Shown: positions 17,202 through 28,000 of the stretch, in pieces | Position numbering within the stretch: the stretch's first letter is position 1 | How the letters are laid out: the number at the start of each line of letters is the position of its first letter | NCBI GenBank assembly: GCA_021498095.1 | Contig: JAIZWK010000001.1 | Location: 4,080,001 to 4,112,000, forward strand | DNA length: 32,000 nucleotides | From: Candidatus Harpocratesius repetitus | Lineage (GTDB): Archaea; Asgardarchaeota; Lokiarchaeia; Sigyniarchaeales; Promethearchaeaceae | Direction: 5' to 3' | The notes under the pieces: generated by a model | Seen by the model: the letters and a program-made list of their open reading frames with translations, nothing else | Database searches by the model: none | What the model was told of the DNA's origin: nothing | Made by a program: the position numbers and the translations under genes

Positions 17202-18641
17202 TCATGGATTAATTTCATTACCTTGTTTTTCAAGTTCAGCTTCGTAGTGAGTTTGACACAATCCTCCAGATGGAAGAATTCGAAGATCTGTTTCTTTATC
17301 AAAGAAATGAATTTGATCATCCATGAATTGCACTTTTACTGGTTCATCGATCTTCAATTTTGTAATTCCTTCTTGTTTGACAATAATTTCTAAATTATCG
17401 AAAATTGAATTTCGAGATTTTCTTTTAATGGGAAAATCAATGTATACAAATGTATCTGAACCAATAGGCTCTAGAACACCAATTGTTGCATCCAGTTTTG
17501 CTTCAGGGGTATTCAATAAAATATGTTCAGGTCGGATACCCAAAGTTACTTCTTTATTAATAAAATTACTCAATCCTACCTTATAATAATCAGGAATATT
17601 ATAAGAAAATGCTTCTGATACAAATTGAAGCTGTTCACTGTTTTTTTCGATTCTTCCTTCAACAAAATTCATAGGAGGAGATCCTATAAAACCAGCTACG
17701 AACTTATTCACTGGTTGTCGGTACACTTCTTCTGGAGTTCCAACTTGATTTGCTATGCCTTCATTTAACACTACAATACGGTTTCCTAATGTCATTGCTT
17801 CTATTTGATCATGAGTTACATATAAGGTCGTAACTCTAAGCTTTTTGGTTAATCGTTCTAATTCAGCCCGCATCTGAACCCTAAGTTTTGCATCTAAATT
17901 GCTTAATGGTTCATCCATCAAGAAAGCTTTTGGATTTCGAATAATTGCACGCCCTAATGCAACTCGTTGGCGCTGTCCACCACTCAATTGTTTAGGTTTT
18001 TTCCAAAGTTGAGTCTCAATACCCAATAACTCAGATGTTTCTTTTACCTTTTGCCGAATTTTCTCTTCTCTGGAAAGATATTCTTGAAATATTGGAATCT
18101 TCATCTTCATTGCCCAAAAACGAAGATTCATCATTTTAATATCTTGTCTAGTCTCAGGGAAGGAATATAACATAAAAATCCACCCCAAAATCCCTGCAAC
18201 AAATATTAAATTAATATATTCGGGAACAATTTGGCCCAAAAGCTGGCAAAATCCATAATATAAACTAACAATACCTCCGTAAAATAAAAGAAGAGCCATC
18301 GAAATCATCAAGTTTGCCCATTTTATTTTCTCTCGATTTCTGATACCAAATGCAAGGTTTTCATAGATTGTATAATGGGGATATAAAGCATAGGACTGAA
18401 AAACCATAGCTATATTCCTATCTTTCGGAGATATATCATTGATTATTTCTCCATCAATGGAAATAGTACCACTAGTTATAGTTTCTAATCCTGCCAACAT
18501 TCGGAGTGTAGTAGTTTTCCCACATCCGGATGGTCCGACTAAACAAACGAACTCTTCATCAGATACTTCTAAATTAAAGTTCTTAACTGCTTCAAATGTT
18601 CCAAATTTTTTAGTGATATTCTTAAATTCTATTTTTGCCAT
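17202..18641 (-). CDS. malK: Carbohydrate ABC importer ATPase (MalK/MsmK type) with an ~85-aa hydrophobic insert
   Basis: GPSGCGKT, VFQSYALYPH, LSGGQRQR, DEPLSNLD, VTHDQ, VAGFIGSPPMN and a TOBE-like C-terminus (LGIRPEH). AAGGAG RBS upstream. Confidence 0.95.
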   Translation of the reverse strand: MAKIEFKNITKKFGTFEAVKNFNLEVSDEEFVCLVGPSGCGKTTTLRMLAGLETITSGTISIDGEIINDISPKDRNIAMVFQSYALYPHYTIYENLAFGIRNREKIKWANLMISMALLLFYGGIVSLYYGFCQLLGQIVPEYINLIFVAGILGWIFMLYSFPETRQDIKMMNLRFWAMKMKIPIFQEYLSREEKIRQKVKETSELLGIETQLWKKPKQLSGGQRQRVALGRAIIRNPKAFLMDEPLSNLDAKLRVQMRAELERLTKKLRVTTLYVTHDQIEAMTLGNRIVVLNEGIANQVGTPEEVYRQPVNKFVAGFIGSPPMNFVEGRIEKNSEQLQFVSEAFSYNIPDYYKVGLSNFINKEVTLGIRPEHILLNTPEAKLDATIGVLEPIGSDTFVYIDFPIKRKSRNSIFDNLEIIVKQEGITKLKIDEPVKVQFMDDQIHFFDKETDLRILPSGGLCQTHYEAELEKQGNEINP

Positions 18642-18653
18642 TTTAATATCTCC

Positions 18654-20342
18654 TTACTTAACACTTCCTGCAACAGCACCTTTAGCTAAATCTTTTTGCA
18701 TAAACAAAAAGAACAATACAACAGGCAATGCAACCAGAATAGAATATGGAGCAAGTAATTCAAAAAAAGGAGCTTGATCTTGAGCATTCTCATAATTATC
18801 CGATAATAATGGTAGGGTATAATTTTGAGGTGTTCGTAACAATGTACGTGCTAAAATAAAATCTTGCCAAGAGCTCAGAAAAGTGAAAATTAATACTGCG
18901 ACTAATCCAGATCGAGCAAGTGGAAACGCAATTTTTGCAAAATTACCAAATCGTCCAGTACCATCAATAATAGCTGCTTCTTCAATATCTACAGGGATGG
19001 TTTCAAAATAACCCTTCATCATCCAAGTACAATATGCTGTAGTCCCAACGGCAGATGCTAATAAAATTCCACCAAATGTATCTACAAAACCTAAAGAAGC
19101 CCATATTACATATTGAGGGAGTAAAAGAATGATTCCAGGAAACATTTGTGTCGTTAGAATTAAATAGGTTAAGAAACTATTCCCTTTAAACTTAAAACGT
19201 GCCAAAGCATAAGCAGAGGTGACTGAAATCATAATTCCAATTAATCCAGTTCCCAAACCTAAACCAAAACTTCTTAAGAGCGCACCACTAAATGAAGGTT
19301 CATCAGAAGAAACTGCAAACATGACACTTGAATAATTTAAAATTAAATTATATAATGGTGAACCAGGTGATACACCTGTTAAAATCTCTTGATATGAAGA
19401 AAGTGACACCTTAATTACCAGATATACAGGAAAGAGCGAAAATATAACATAGGCAATTAACACCACATAAAACGGAGTCATTTTTATTAATTGAGAACTA
19501 TTTTGGATAAAATTCTCCTTTGATTCATTAGAGTGAAAGAAATATTTATAAAAATTAACAATAATTAAACCAAAAACAACAGAAAGACCAATTATGTCCC
19601 AAATTAATATTACATTATTATTTGCTTCTTCTTTAAAATAAAGTTTAATTAAGTTGATAAAATAAATTAAGAAACCTCCTAATATTACCAAAAACAAAAC
19701 TCTGATAATTTTAAGAATATTTTCTTTTTTAGGACTATTTTGAATTATATTAAAAGCAAACATAACAAAGACAGCCAGATATAAGAACATGAAAACCAAA
19801 GTAGATATTTCCATAAATTCTGAATAATTTCCTATATCCCCTCTGATCCAATCTGCACCGCTTTGAACTTTATCAACTGTATCTGGAATTGTTTCAATTA
19901 TTTTAATAGATTGATTAATCCAAAAACTTGTAAAGATCGCAATTCCAGTATATATTAAACCAAGAATTGAAACCATACGCATTTTGTCGTCCCAGTCTTT
20001 ATTTTTTAGCACATACCCGATTATAGCTATTGAAACAATGGTTAAAACAACCAAAGTTGCAAAATAAATACCATAATTCATGTGCAATAATCGTAATACA
20101 CGAGATAAATCCCCATCAGGTTGATCTCTATGATAGATTGGATTGTTGTTTTTCCATAAAGATCCAGTTCCATATTTAATGCGGTTCCATAATATTGTTT
20201 CTGTTTGCCAAAATCCTCCAATTATAAGAATTAATCCCATAACTATTAAAATCACAAGAAAATTTATTGGTCGAGTTTTAAATTTCTGGTCATTTACAGA
20301 GACATTGATATAATTTAAATCATTAATAATTTCTTCTGTCAT
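18654..20342 (-). CDS. malG: Carbohydrate ABC permease, MalG-like, with an ~287-aa N-terminal multi-TM extension
   Basis: SAYALARFKFKG, QMFPGIILLLPQY and EAA loop IEEAAIIDGTG. Start moved from TTG 20354, which overlaps GGAGGT, to ATG 20342. Confidence 0.88.
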   Translation of the reverse strand: MTEEIINDLNYINVSVNDQKFKTRPINFLVILIVMGLILIIGGFWQTETILWNRIKYGTGSLWKNNNPIYHRDQPDGDLSRVLRLLHMNYGIYFATLVVLTIVSIAIIGYVLKNKDWDDKMRMVSILGLIYTGIAIFTSFWINQSIKIIETIPDTVDKVQSGADWIRGDIGNYSEFMEISTLVFMFLYLAVFVMFAFNIIQNSPKKENILKIIRVLFLVILGGFLIYFINLIKLYFKEEANNNVILIWDIIGLSVVFGLIIVNFYKYFFHSNESKENFIQNSSQLIKMTPFYVVLIAYVIFSLFPVYLVIKVSLSSYQEILTGVSPGSPLYNLILNYSSVMFAVSSDEPSFSGALLRSFGLGLGTGLIGIMISVTSAYALARFKFKGNSFLTYLILTTQMFPGIILLLPQYVIWASLGFVDTFGGILLASAVGTTAYCTWMMKGYFETIPVDIEEAAIIDGTGRFGNFAKIAFPLARSGLVAVLIFTFLSSWQDFILARTLLRTPQNYTLPLLSDNYENAQDQAPFFELLAPYSILVALPVVLFFLFMQKDLAKGAVAGSVK

Positions 20343-21987
20343 TGTAATTTTCAACCTCCTTAAAAAGTTCTTTGGGTTTGCTTTTTTCTAATTGGCTCAT
20401 TTCTATATATCGATTGTAAATCTTTTCTTCCAACGTTCCTTTTTCGCCTACAAAGATTTTATCCGGATTAAATATCTTCTTGTAAGCACGACTGAAAGTT
20501 GTTAACAATAAGAATACAATGAAACTTAAAGCAGCGGCTCTTGCATAATCACGAGATTCATCGAATAAACTATAAATAAACGTTACAAAAATGGAATATA
20601 GCCGACTATTCGGAAGATTTTGTCCTTGTGCAAGAATGTAAACAACATTAAATAAATTAAAGGTCCAAACAAATCCCAGTAAAGATACTGTAAAAAGAGT
20701 AGGTTTAATTAAGGGAAAAGTTATTGATTTAAATTGAGTCCATGCATCGGCTCCATCAATTTCTGCAGCTTCATAAAGATCTGGAGGGATACCTTGCATG
20801 GCAGCTAAGAAACTAACCATCATGAAAGGCACTCCTAACCAGATATTAATAATTATAGCTGAAAAAGTAATCATAATAAACCTTTTATTTAAAATATAAA
20901 CTGAAGAATTTATCCAAAAAGAATCACCTGTAGTATCTTCTATATTGATTATTTTATAACTGAATAAATTGTTCTCAATTCCACCTAAAATCGGGTTAAT
21001 ATAATAATATAGAATCCATCCTAAAAGTACTCCAATGATTAAAAATACACTTCTAATTAAGGCGCGATAAGATTTATCTTTTATAATTTTTAGTTCAAAG
21101 AAATTAATTGATATTGAAAGAACTGCAAAAATAACTAGAGCACCAAAAATAATTGAAATTAAATTACCAACATTAAATGTGAAATATCCTTTTGGAAAAA
21201 TCTTATCTGTGTTTTTTCCTAAAAATCCATTTGGATTAAAAATGAAATTTTTCCATATTAATGTTGATGCAAATGAAGGAATTGCCCAAGGAATGATGAA
21301 AATACTACGGAAAAAACCTTTTCCCGCAAAATCCCGGTTCATTAAAACAGCTAATAAAATTCCAATTATAACATGAAAACATACACAGACAACTGTCCAA
21401 AAAACAGTATTAAACAATATTTGGACAAAATCTAGTTCTGTTGCGGTTAATACAACTCTATAATTCTCAAGTGGAATTACAATTGGAATGTAATTCCATA
21501 TAAATCTTAAAAGCCATAATAAAGAGGGTGCAACCAATAATCCTGAAAACAAAACAATTAAGGAAATTACTGGACTGGAAAGTTTGGATTTTTTCTTGAA
21601 TATTTTATAGCCTAAATTAATATATAGAAGATAAAAAATGGTTAAAATTAATAAAAATAATCCATAACTAATATCACCATTAGCTGTAAAAATACTGGTA
21701 TCTGTATATGTAAAAAATTCAAAAAAAGAAGTATTATTTAAATTTTTAAAATTGAAATAGAATTCAAATAATCGATCTCCTAGATCTCCAGCGGTAGGAT
21801 TTATATATAAACTCATAATTAAAGCGAAGAAAATAGGTAAGAAAATGAAGATAATAATAGAAAGTAAAGCAGGAAGAAGAAAGAGATAAGCCGTAGCAAG
21901 ATCATTTGAACGCATTGTTCCTTTTGATTTCTTGCGTTTGGTTGTTCTCTTAGCTTGTATTTGTGTTGCAGTTGTAATAGTTGACAT
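20323..21987 (-). CDS. malF: Carbohydrate ABC permease, MalF-like, with two extra TM hairpins
   Basis: AYLFLLPA, FRSIFIIPWAIPS, NIWLGVPF and EAA loop LYEAAEIDGA. Start set to ATG 21987 behind a GGGGGT RBS (the track starts at 22071, inside the upstream gene). Confidence 0.88.
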   Translation of the reverse strand: MSTITTATQIQAKRTTKRKKSKGTMRSNDLATAYLFLLPALLSIIIFIFLPIFFALIMSLYINPTAGDLGDRLFEFYFNFKNLNNTSFFEFFTYTDTSIFTANGDISYGLFLLILTIFYLLYINLGYKIFKKKSKLSSPVISLIVLFSGLLVAPSLLWLLRFIWNYIPIVIPLENYRVVLTATELDFVQILFNTVFWTVVCVCFHVIIGILLAVLMNRDFAGKGFFRSIFIIPWAIPSFASTLIWKNFIFNPNGFLGKNTDKIFPKGYFTFNVGNLISIIFGALVIFAVLSISINFFELKIIKDKSYRALIRSVFLIIGVLLGWILYYYINPILGGIENNLFSYKIINIEDTTGDSFWINSSVYILNKRFIMITFSAIIINIWLGVPFMMVSFLAAMQGIPPDLYEAAEIDGADAWTQFKSITFPLIKPTLFTVSLLGFVWTFNLFNVVYILAQGQNLPNSRLYSIFVTFIYSLFDESRDYARAAALSFIVFLLLTTFSRAYKKIFNPDKIFVGEKGTLEEKIYNRYIEMSQLEKSKPKELFKEVENYNDRRNY

Positions 21988-22018
21988 TGTTATTACCCCC
22001 GAATAAAAAAGAAAAAAA

Positions 22019-23491
22019 TTAAATCCTTCGTTTCCGTAAAAGAAGGAATGTAGTAATGGCAATCGCTCCAATGAATAAACTGATAGGATAAGAAGGTATT
22101 GAACTTGTTCCTTGAATCACATCATCAGTTAAATCTCCTGATTTTTTGGGCAAATATTCTCCCCACCTTACCAAAGTATTTGCAATACATTCATCAAGTG
22201 AAATTTCTCCAGCTAAATATTCATTAATTCGATCCCCAAAATCGGTTTCGATTTGAGCCCAATCCTTTGAAACAGGAACACGAAGTGCTGATTGAACTGC
22301 ATCCCAATAAGCTTTAACATAAGGATAAGAAAATGCTTCCTTAACTTCTGACATTTCCATTACACTTTTTCGAGAAGGAACGTGATAATAATCAATTGCA
22401 CCAATTTTTTGAGCTTCTTGACCACTCATATATTTGGCGAACAATACTGAAGCATTGTATTCTGCAGAATTTGGAACTACATGTTTAGATATTACATAAC
22501 CATGACATCCTACAGGGGCGCCTCTATGACCTTCTTCATCATGTGGTAGTTGTACAATTCCAAGATTATCTCCACCTTGAAAAATGGGTTCAATTTCAAT
22601 GTTCTGTTTTAATTCCCAAGGCCCTTGATTAATCATCGCTACCTTTCCAGAACGAAAACTTGGATTCAATGGACCCCAACCTTGATCTAACCAATTTGGA
22701 GTAACTGAACTATCAGTTAAGTTTTTCAAGAATTGAAGAGCTAATCGTGATTCAAGGCTATCGATAGCAACAGAATCTATATAAATTTCATCATTGTAGA
22801 ACATCTGAGCGCCATGACCAAAATAGTAAGGTTGTGCACCAAACATCATACCTGCTAAAGTTGTTGCATAAACATGATGGGTTTCTCCTCCATATTCATA
22901 TTCAGTTCCATTAACTTGGTTCAAAATATCCAAATATTCATCCCAAGTCCATGAAGTATTAATGCTTAAAGTACTTGTATCAATTCCAGCCAATTCAAAG
23001 ATTTCTTTATTATACATAATTGCTGGTGTATCGACTAATTGAGGATATGCCCAAATTTGATCATTTCCTTCAGAATCAGGATATGTGACCATTTCAATAG
23101 AAATATTGATGAAATCATCTAAATCTTCTTGAGAAAAAGTATCTGTCAATGGATTCAACATACCCGATGCAGCAAATTCTGGAATCCAATCCCGAGTAGC
23201 ACGCATTACATCGGGTTCTGTGTTAGCAATATACGAACTAGTAAAAAGATTGCGCGCATCGAAAAAATCGACATATAAAGCATTAACTTCAATATCAGGA
23301 TGTTCCGCTTCAAAATCTGTAATTAGTTGAATAACTCCTGGTTCTTCAGCAATATTTTCAGTATACCAAAAACTAATGCTTATAACAGCAGATTTTGGTT
23401 TTTGTGAAACTCCTACAACATTCGGGACAAATGCAAATCCGGAAATCGTAAGTAAGACTAAAAAGAATACAATTTGCTTTTTAATTTTCAT
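22019..23491 (-). CDS. Sugar ABC solute-binding protein (MalE/maltodextrin-like) with signal peptide and Loki-CTERM-like anchor
   Basis: FEAEHPDIEV, PDVMR..DWIPEFAASGMLNPL, YNKEIFE, GKVAMINQGPW; C-terminus IPSYPISLFIGAIAITTFLLLRKRRI. GGAGG RBS at 23499-23503 and an 11-bp overlap with the upstream gene. Confidence 0.88.
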   Translation of the reverse strand: MKIKKQIVFFLVLLTISGFAFVPNVVGVSQKPKSAVISISFWYTENIAEEPGVIQLITDFEAEHPDIEVNALYVDFFDARNLFTSSYIANTEPDVMRATRDWIPEFAASGMLNPLTDTFSQEDLDDFINISIEMVTYPDSEGNDQIWAYPQLVDTPAIMYNKEIFELAGIDTSTLSINTSWTWDEYLDILNQVNGTEYEYGGETHHVYATTLAGMMFGAQPYYFGHGAQMFYNDEIYIDSVAIDSLESRLALQFLKNLTDSSVTPNWLDQGWGPLNPSFRSGKVAMINQGPWELKQNIEIEPIFQGGDNLGIVQLPHDEEGHRGAPVGCHGYVISKHVVPNSAEYNASVLFAKYMSGQEAQKIGAIDYYHVPSRKSVMEMSEVKEAFSYPYVKAYWDAVQSALRVPVSKDWAQIETDFGDRINEYLAGEISLDECIANTLVRWGEYLPKKSGDLTDDVIQGTSSIPSYPISLFIGAIAITTFLLLRKRRI

Positions 23492-24980
23492 AATATTTCC
23501 TCCATTTTTTGGTAAAAAAAGAAACTAGTCCTAATCCTATTATGCTGCTTATAATTACTAATGAGGGACTTCCAAATGAAATACCTCCAGATGTTTCTCC
23601 ATAGAATTTGAAACTACTGATATCTTGCCCAATGGCTGGATGATCTGCTTGCCTGAGCACTTTAGCATCAATTCTTACTTGTAACGAAGTTGCACAAGTT
23701 GAGCCATTTTGAGCATCACGAATCATTGCAGTTACTTCGCTCTCAAAGATGTCTTTTATGTATAAATCCCAAAATCGTGAGATATAAACACCTTCTGCTT
23801 GTTCAACCAAAGGTTTGTATGATTGAATTATAAAATTATTAGAAAGACTTTCATCAGAATACACTGAATCAATTGCAGGCAATAAAAATTCATTTATTGC
23901 ATATTCTTTCATCGAATCAGGAGAACAGAGGTAATTTGCTAAATTCAAAGCATCTTCTCGTTTTGTAGTTGAATTACTGATCATTATTGCGGTAACTTCT
24001 AAAAATGGAGATTTTCCTTTAGAATTTTTAGGTGTTGGTGCTAATCCAAGTTTTGAAATATCAGAGAAAATTCCATCCGATGTCAGTTTTTTCATATCTT
24101 GAGCAAAAAGCATTGTTGAACTAACATTTTCGTTGATAGCAAAATCATCGTAGATTTTATCAGTTTTCAAACTATTGTCTACATTTACATAGAACCCTGT
24201 TTTGTAAGAAGGGGTCAGCTCATAATAATTCACTATATTATAAATATAATTAAGTGCATCTATAGAGTAATTTTCTAAGATTTTGTTGTGTTGTGCATCA
24301 ACAGAATCATTTTCAAAAAGGATTCCACCATCACCTTTAAAGAGTGTTAATTCGGCATCTTTAAAATTTAAAAATGAAAACCCAAATTGCTTATTATCGG
24401 GTAGGCTTTGATCATTCATTCGTGTAATTGCTTGTTGAAAAGCTGCCATATCCCAAGAGCCTCCAATTTCTGGAATTGTTGCAGTATTTACTTTATCTTT
24501 GTTATACACAAAAGCCATTACATCAACTGTTTGAGGGATTCCATAATAAGCAAGCATTTGTGTATTATATTCCCCATTTTCAACATAAAAATAAGAAACT
24601 GCGCGTAAAGCTTGAGGAATATAGTTATACTGCAAATCATTAACTGCTAGAGGAGCAATGTAATTTCTATGAGCTAAATCAGGTATCCATTCAGCATCTC
24701 CTTGAATTAAATCAGGAACTTTACCTGAACTATAAGCATTTTTGAATTCCATTCTCAAAGAATCTTTTGGAATATATGTTAAATTAACATTCACATCATG
24801 ATCGGTTTCGTATTGAGCAATTAAATCCAACATAGTATCATCCAAGAAATCTTCTTGCATGTACCACATCTCTAAAGAAGTAGTTTCAGCATGCACAGGA
24901 ATGGCAATTTCTGAAGCAATGATACTTGCTAGGAAAAGAGTTAATATTGCTGTTGCAAATAGTTGTTGTTGTTTTTTCAT
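23481..24980 (-). CDS. Second, more divergent sugar ABC solute-binding protein with signal peptide and C-terminal TM anchor
   Basis: YETDHDVNVNL, PDLIQGDAEWIPDLA, YGIPQTVDVMAFVYNKD; C-terminus GGISFGSPSLVIISSIIGLGLVSFFTKKWRK. Confidence 0.82.
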   Translation of the reverse strand: MKKQQQLFATAILTLFLASIIASEIAIPVHAETTSLEMWYMQEDFLDDTMLDLIAQYETDHDVNVNLTYIPKDSLRMEFKNAYSSGKVPDLIQGDAEWIPDLAHRNYIAPLAVNDLQYNYIPQALRAVSYFYVENGEYNTQMLAYYGIPQTVDVMAFVYNKDKVNTATIPEIGGSWDMAAFQQAITRMNDQSLPDNKQFGFSFLNFKDAELTLFKGDGGILFENDSVDAQHNKILENYSIDALNYIYNIVNYYELTPSYKTGFYVNVDNSLKTDKIYDDFAINENVSSTMLFAQDMKKLTSDGIFSDISKLGLAPTPKNSKGKSPFLEVTAIMISNSTTKREDALNLANYLCSPDSMKEYAINEFLLPAIDSVYSDESLSNNFIIQSYKPLVEQAEGVYISRFWDLYIKDIFESEVTAMIRDAQNGSTCATSLQVRIDAKVLRQADHPAIGQDISSFKFYGETSGGISFGSPSLVIISSIIGLGLVSFFTKKWRKYYEN

Positions 24981-25037
24981 ATTTACCCACTTTATTTTTT
25001 CTTTTAATTAATGGTTGAGCAAGAAAAAAATAAAAAA

Positions 25038-28000
25038 TTAACCACTTTTTAGTTTCTTATTTTGTAAATAGATAATTCCTATAACTAATGAGATAGTTAG
25101 ATATAAAATAGAAAATCCTGCAATCCCCTTTTTTGGTTCATCTTCAGGTTCTTTGAGAGAATTCACAGTAATGATTATTGAAGCGCTTGCGGATTTTCCA
25201 TTTGTATCAAATACCTTTACTGTAATATTATATATTCCTTCCTCAAATGAAAGAATGTATTCAGTTGCATTTGCTGGTAAAGTGCTTGCTAGTGTATTAT
25301 TTATAAAAATTTCAAAGTAATCAATGCTAACATCAGCAGGTACGGAAAAACTAATGCTAATATTCATTGTATTAATATTTTCAGGAAGCGTGTAGTTTTG
25401 ATTAGTTGTTGTTATTTCAATAGTAGGTTCTACAGTTTCAACGTTATCCATTCCTAAATATACAGCTGGAATTGTACAATATGTCTCTGAAGATTCATCA
25501 TAATTTCCTAAGATTTCAGTTTGATTCATATATGAAGGAAGGAGAACATCTACGACATTTGGATCATAGGATGAATCGTCTCCACCACCAAATTTCCATT
25601 CTTGGGGTTGTGCATAAAATTCACGAAATTTTTGAAAATCTTGTGAACCAACAACGACTGTATATGCCCAATCTGTTTGAGGTAGGCCAATTACTGAAGC
25701 TGGTGCTGAAAAGACGATAACCTTATCTACAGAATCACTAAAAGTGCTTACTCCTGAAACTTGAGTATCATCTTCAAGTAAAATATATTGAAGCCAGCCA
25801 TCGGCACGAACCATGTATTCCCATGCATGTTCTGATGAAATATTAAAATGACCATTTTGATCACAATCCGTTCTTCCAGAACCAGGAACATTATCTTCAT
25901 CAATATACACCTGCATTAGTGGATGGCTGTAACCTCCGGGACCATTCCATGGATTGAACAATTCGCGGAATTTAAACTCAAAATAGACGGTATCATCAAT
26001 ATATCCAACCCTGAATCTTAAAATATCCATTAATCCAGTTCTATTTACATCATAATCTGGATGCATTTGAGGATTGGTTGGATAAATTCCATGTTCATCA
26101 TAAGCAGGATCATCCATAGCAAATACTTCAACCATATTAACCCCACCAAAAGGAATATTTAAACTCCATGGTCCATCTTCAGGAGTAATATCAAAATTAT
26201 GCATACTGGACTCATTTGTTGCTAAAACTCGGAGATATAACAAATCACCTTTTTCAATTCCTAATAATGAAAATGGAATGCTCATTTCGCAGAAATCATC
26301 AATTGCTAGAGATATAGATGGGGTCGGAGATACTTCATCCCACTTGTAAGAAGAATTAACTTCAAAAACAGAAACATCTCCCGTTTCTAGATCAATTCGA
26401 ATTTCAGTAGTTATTTCAAAACCTAATATTTCAGAAGGATCGGATGAATCTGCAAATCTTGGAAATATTGTGGAATATTGAGCATTTGGATTTGAGAAAT
26501 ACAAGCCAACGGAATATCCTGTAATTGAACTAAGTGAATATGCATCTGTTGTATCTAATCTGATATGAAGATCTGTAAGAGCTTCATCAACGCCTAAATA
26601 AAGATCTTTAAACAATCGAGTTGGATCGGAAGCATTTGCATTTGAATAATGAGCAGCTAAAGTCCATTCATTGCTGTTGGTTTCAAAACCATCAATTGTT
26701 GGTAAGTATTTTCCTTGTATGCTTGCAGACACAGGAGGAAGCATTTTTAAGTACAAATAAGGGTAATTTTCCATTATTTCTGACTCGGTCCAATTAATGC
26801 TTTTATAAACACCACGGAGAATCGTTTTAAACTGCCAATCGAAGAGTTCATCATGTCCAGAATCTTGATCAGAACCATACCACCAGAACCAATCACTTCC
26901 TTCAGCAGCATATAAAGCTTCCCATGCATCTGGCAAATCATCTTTAGATAAGCTATGATCGGTCATATACTGAATAAGATCTTGTCGAGTAGTAATTAAA
27001 CGATCCCATGCTTCATTTTCATCATCCTCACCAATCCATGTATTCAAATCTCCTGCCCATGAACCAGTTGCTAATTGGATCTCTTGTAAAGTGCTGGGGG
27101 GATGTTCAGCAAGATATTGTTTGGGAGTAATTGTTCGCAACCAACCTTCATCTTGTGCTTCTTCCAATTTCTGATACATATATTCGCGGAATAGATTACC
27201 AGTGTATTCAACACGACCATCTCCATCTAAGTCATATTGATAATTTTCCCAGGCATTTTCCCCATCTAAAGCTACAGTAAAAACGGGATCTTTATCATCA
27301 GTCCAGCTATCTCGATAGGTTTTTAACATTTCGAGCATATTTGTTGCAGCTACTTCTGGATCTAGTCCACCATAATTAAAACCAATTTCATCTGAAAGCT
27401 GTTGATGTCGGAAAAATACAACTGAACTATATCCATCTTTTTTAACAACGTAGGGCTGAAACCATTGCTCAGGTGTAAGTTGACTTACACCCAAACTATT
27501 TTGAAGCACAGTATAATCAGTAACAAACCATTCAATACCACTTTGATTCACTAAGGGAATAATTTCGTCGCTAACTGCTTCTTCCGAAGGCCACATTCCG
27601 ACAGGATATTTCCCAAATAATGAAGCAGTATAATTTTTTCCTTTTTGAATTTGTGCCAAAGCATCTTCAGTCCAGAGAGTATTTTGATCAGGTAGAGGTA
27701 AATCAGCCACACCTTCATTCACTTCTCTGGCATTTGTTAAATTAATTAATAAAGGCAATATTGGATGATAAAATGGAGTAGTGATTATTTCTAAACGACC
27801 TTCATTTTGAAGTTGCTTATGAAGGGAGATAACTTGTTCAACAATAGAATAAGCATAATCCAAAACTCCATTTTTCATAGCACTGTTATAACCTCCCACT
27901 CCATTAGCATCATCAGTCAAAACTTTCAATGTATATCCAAATGGATTGACTGGAGGTTGATAAGGTTGTTCTGTAGTATATCGTGGATTTATCCAATGAG

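Noticed and set aside
21988-22071. N-terminal extension of MalF given by the track
   Set aside because: It overlaps the end of the upstream SBP gene and contains the RBS-like GGGGGT; ATG 21987 is the better start.
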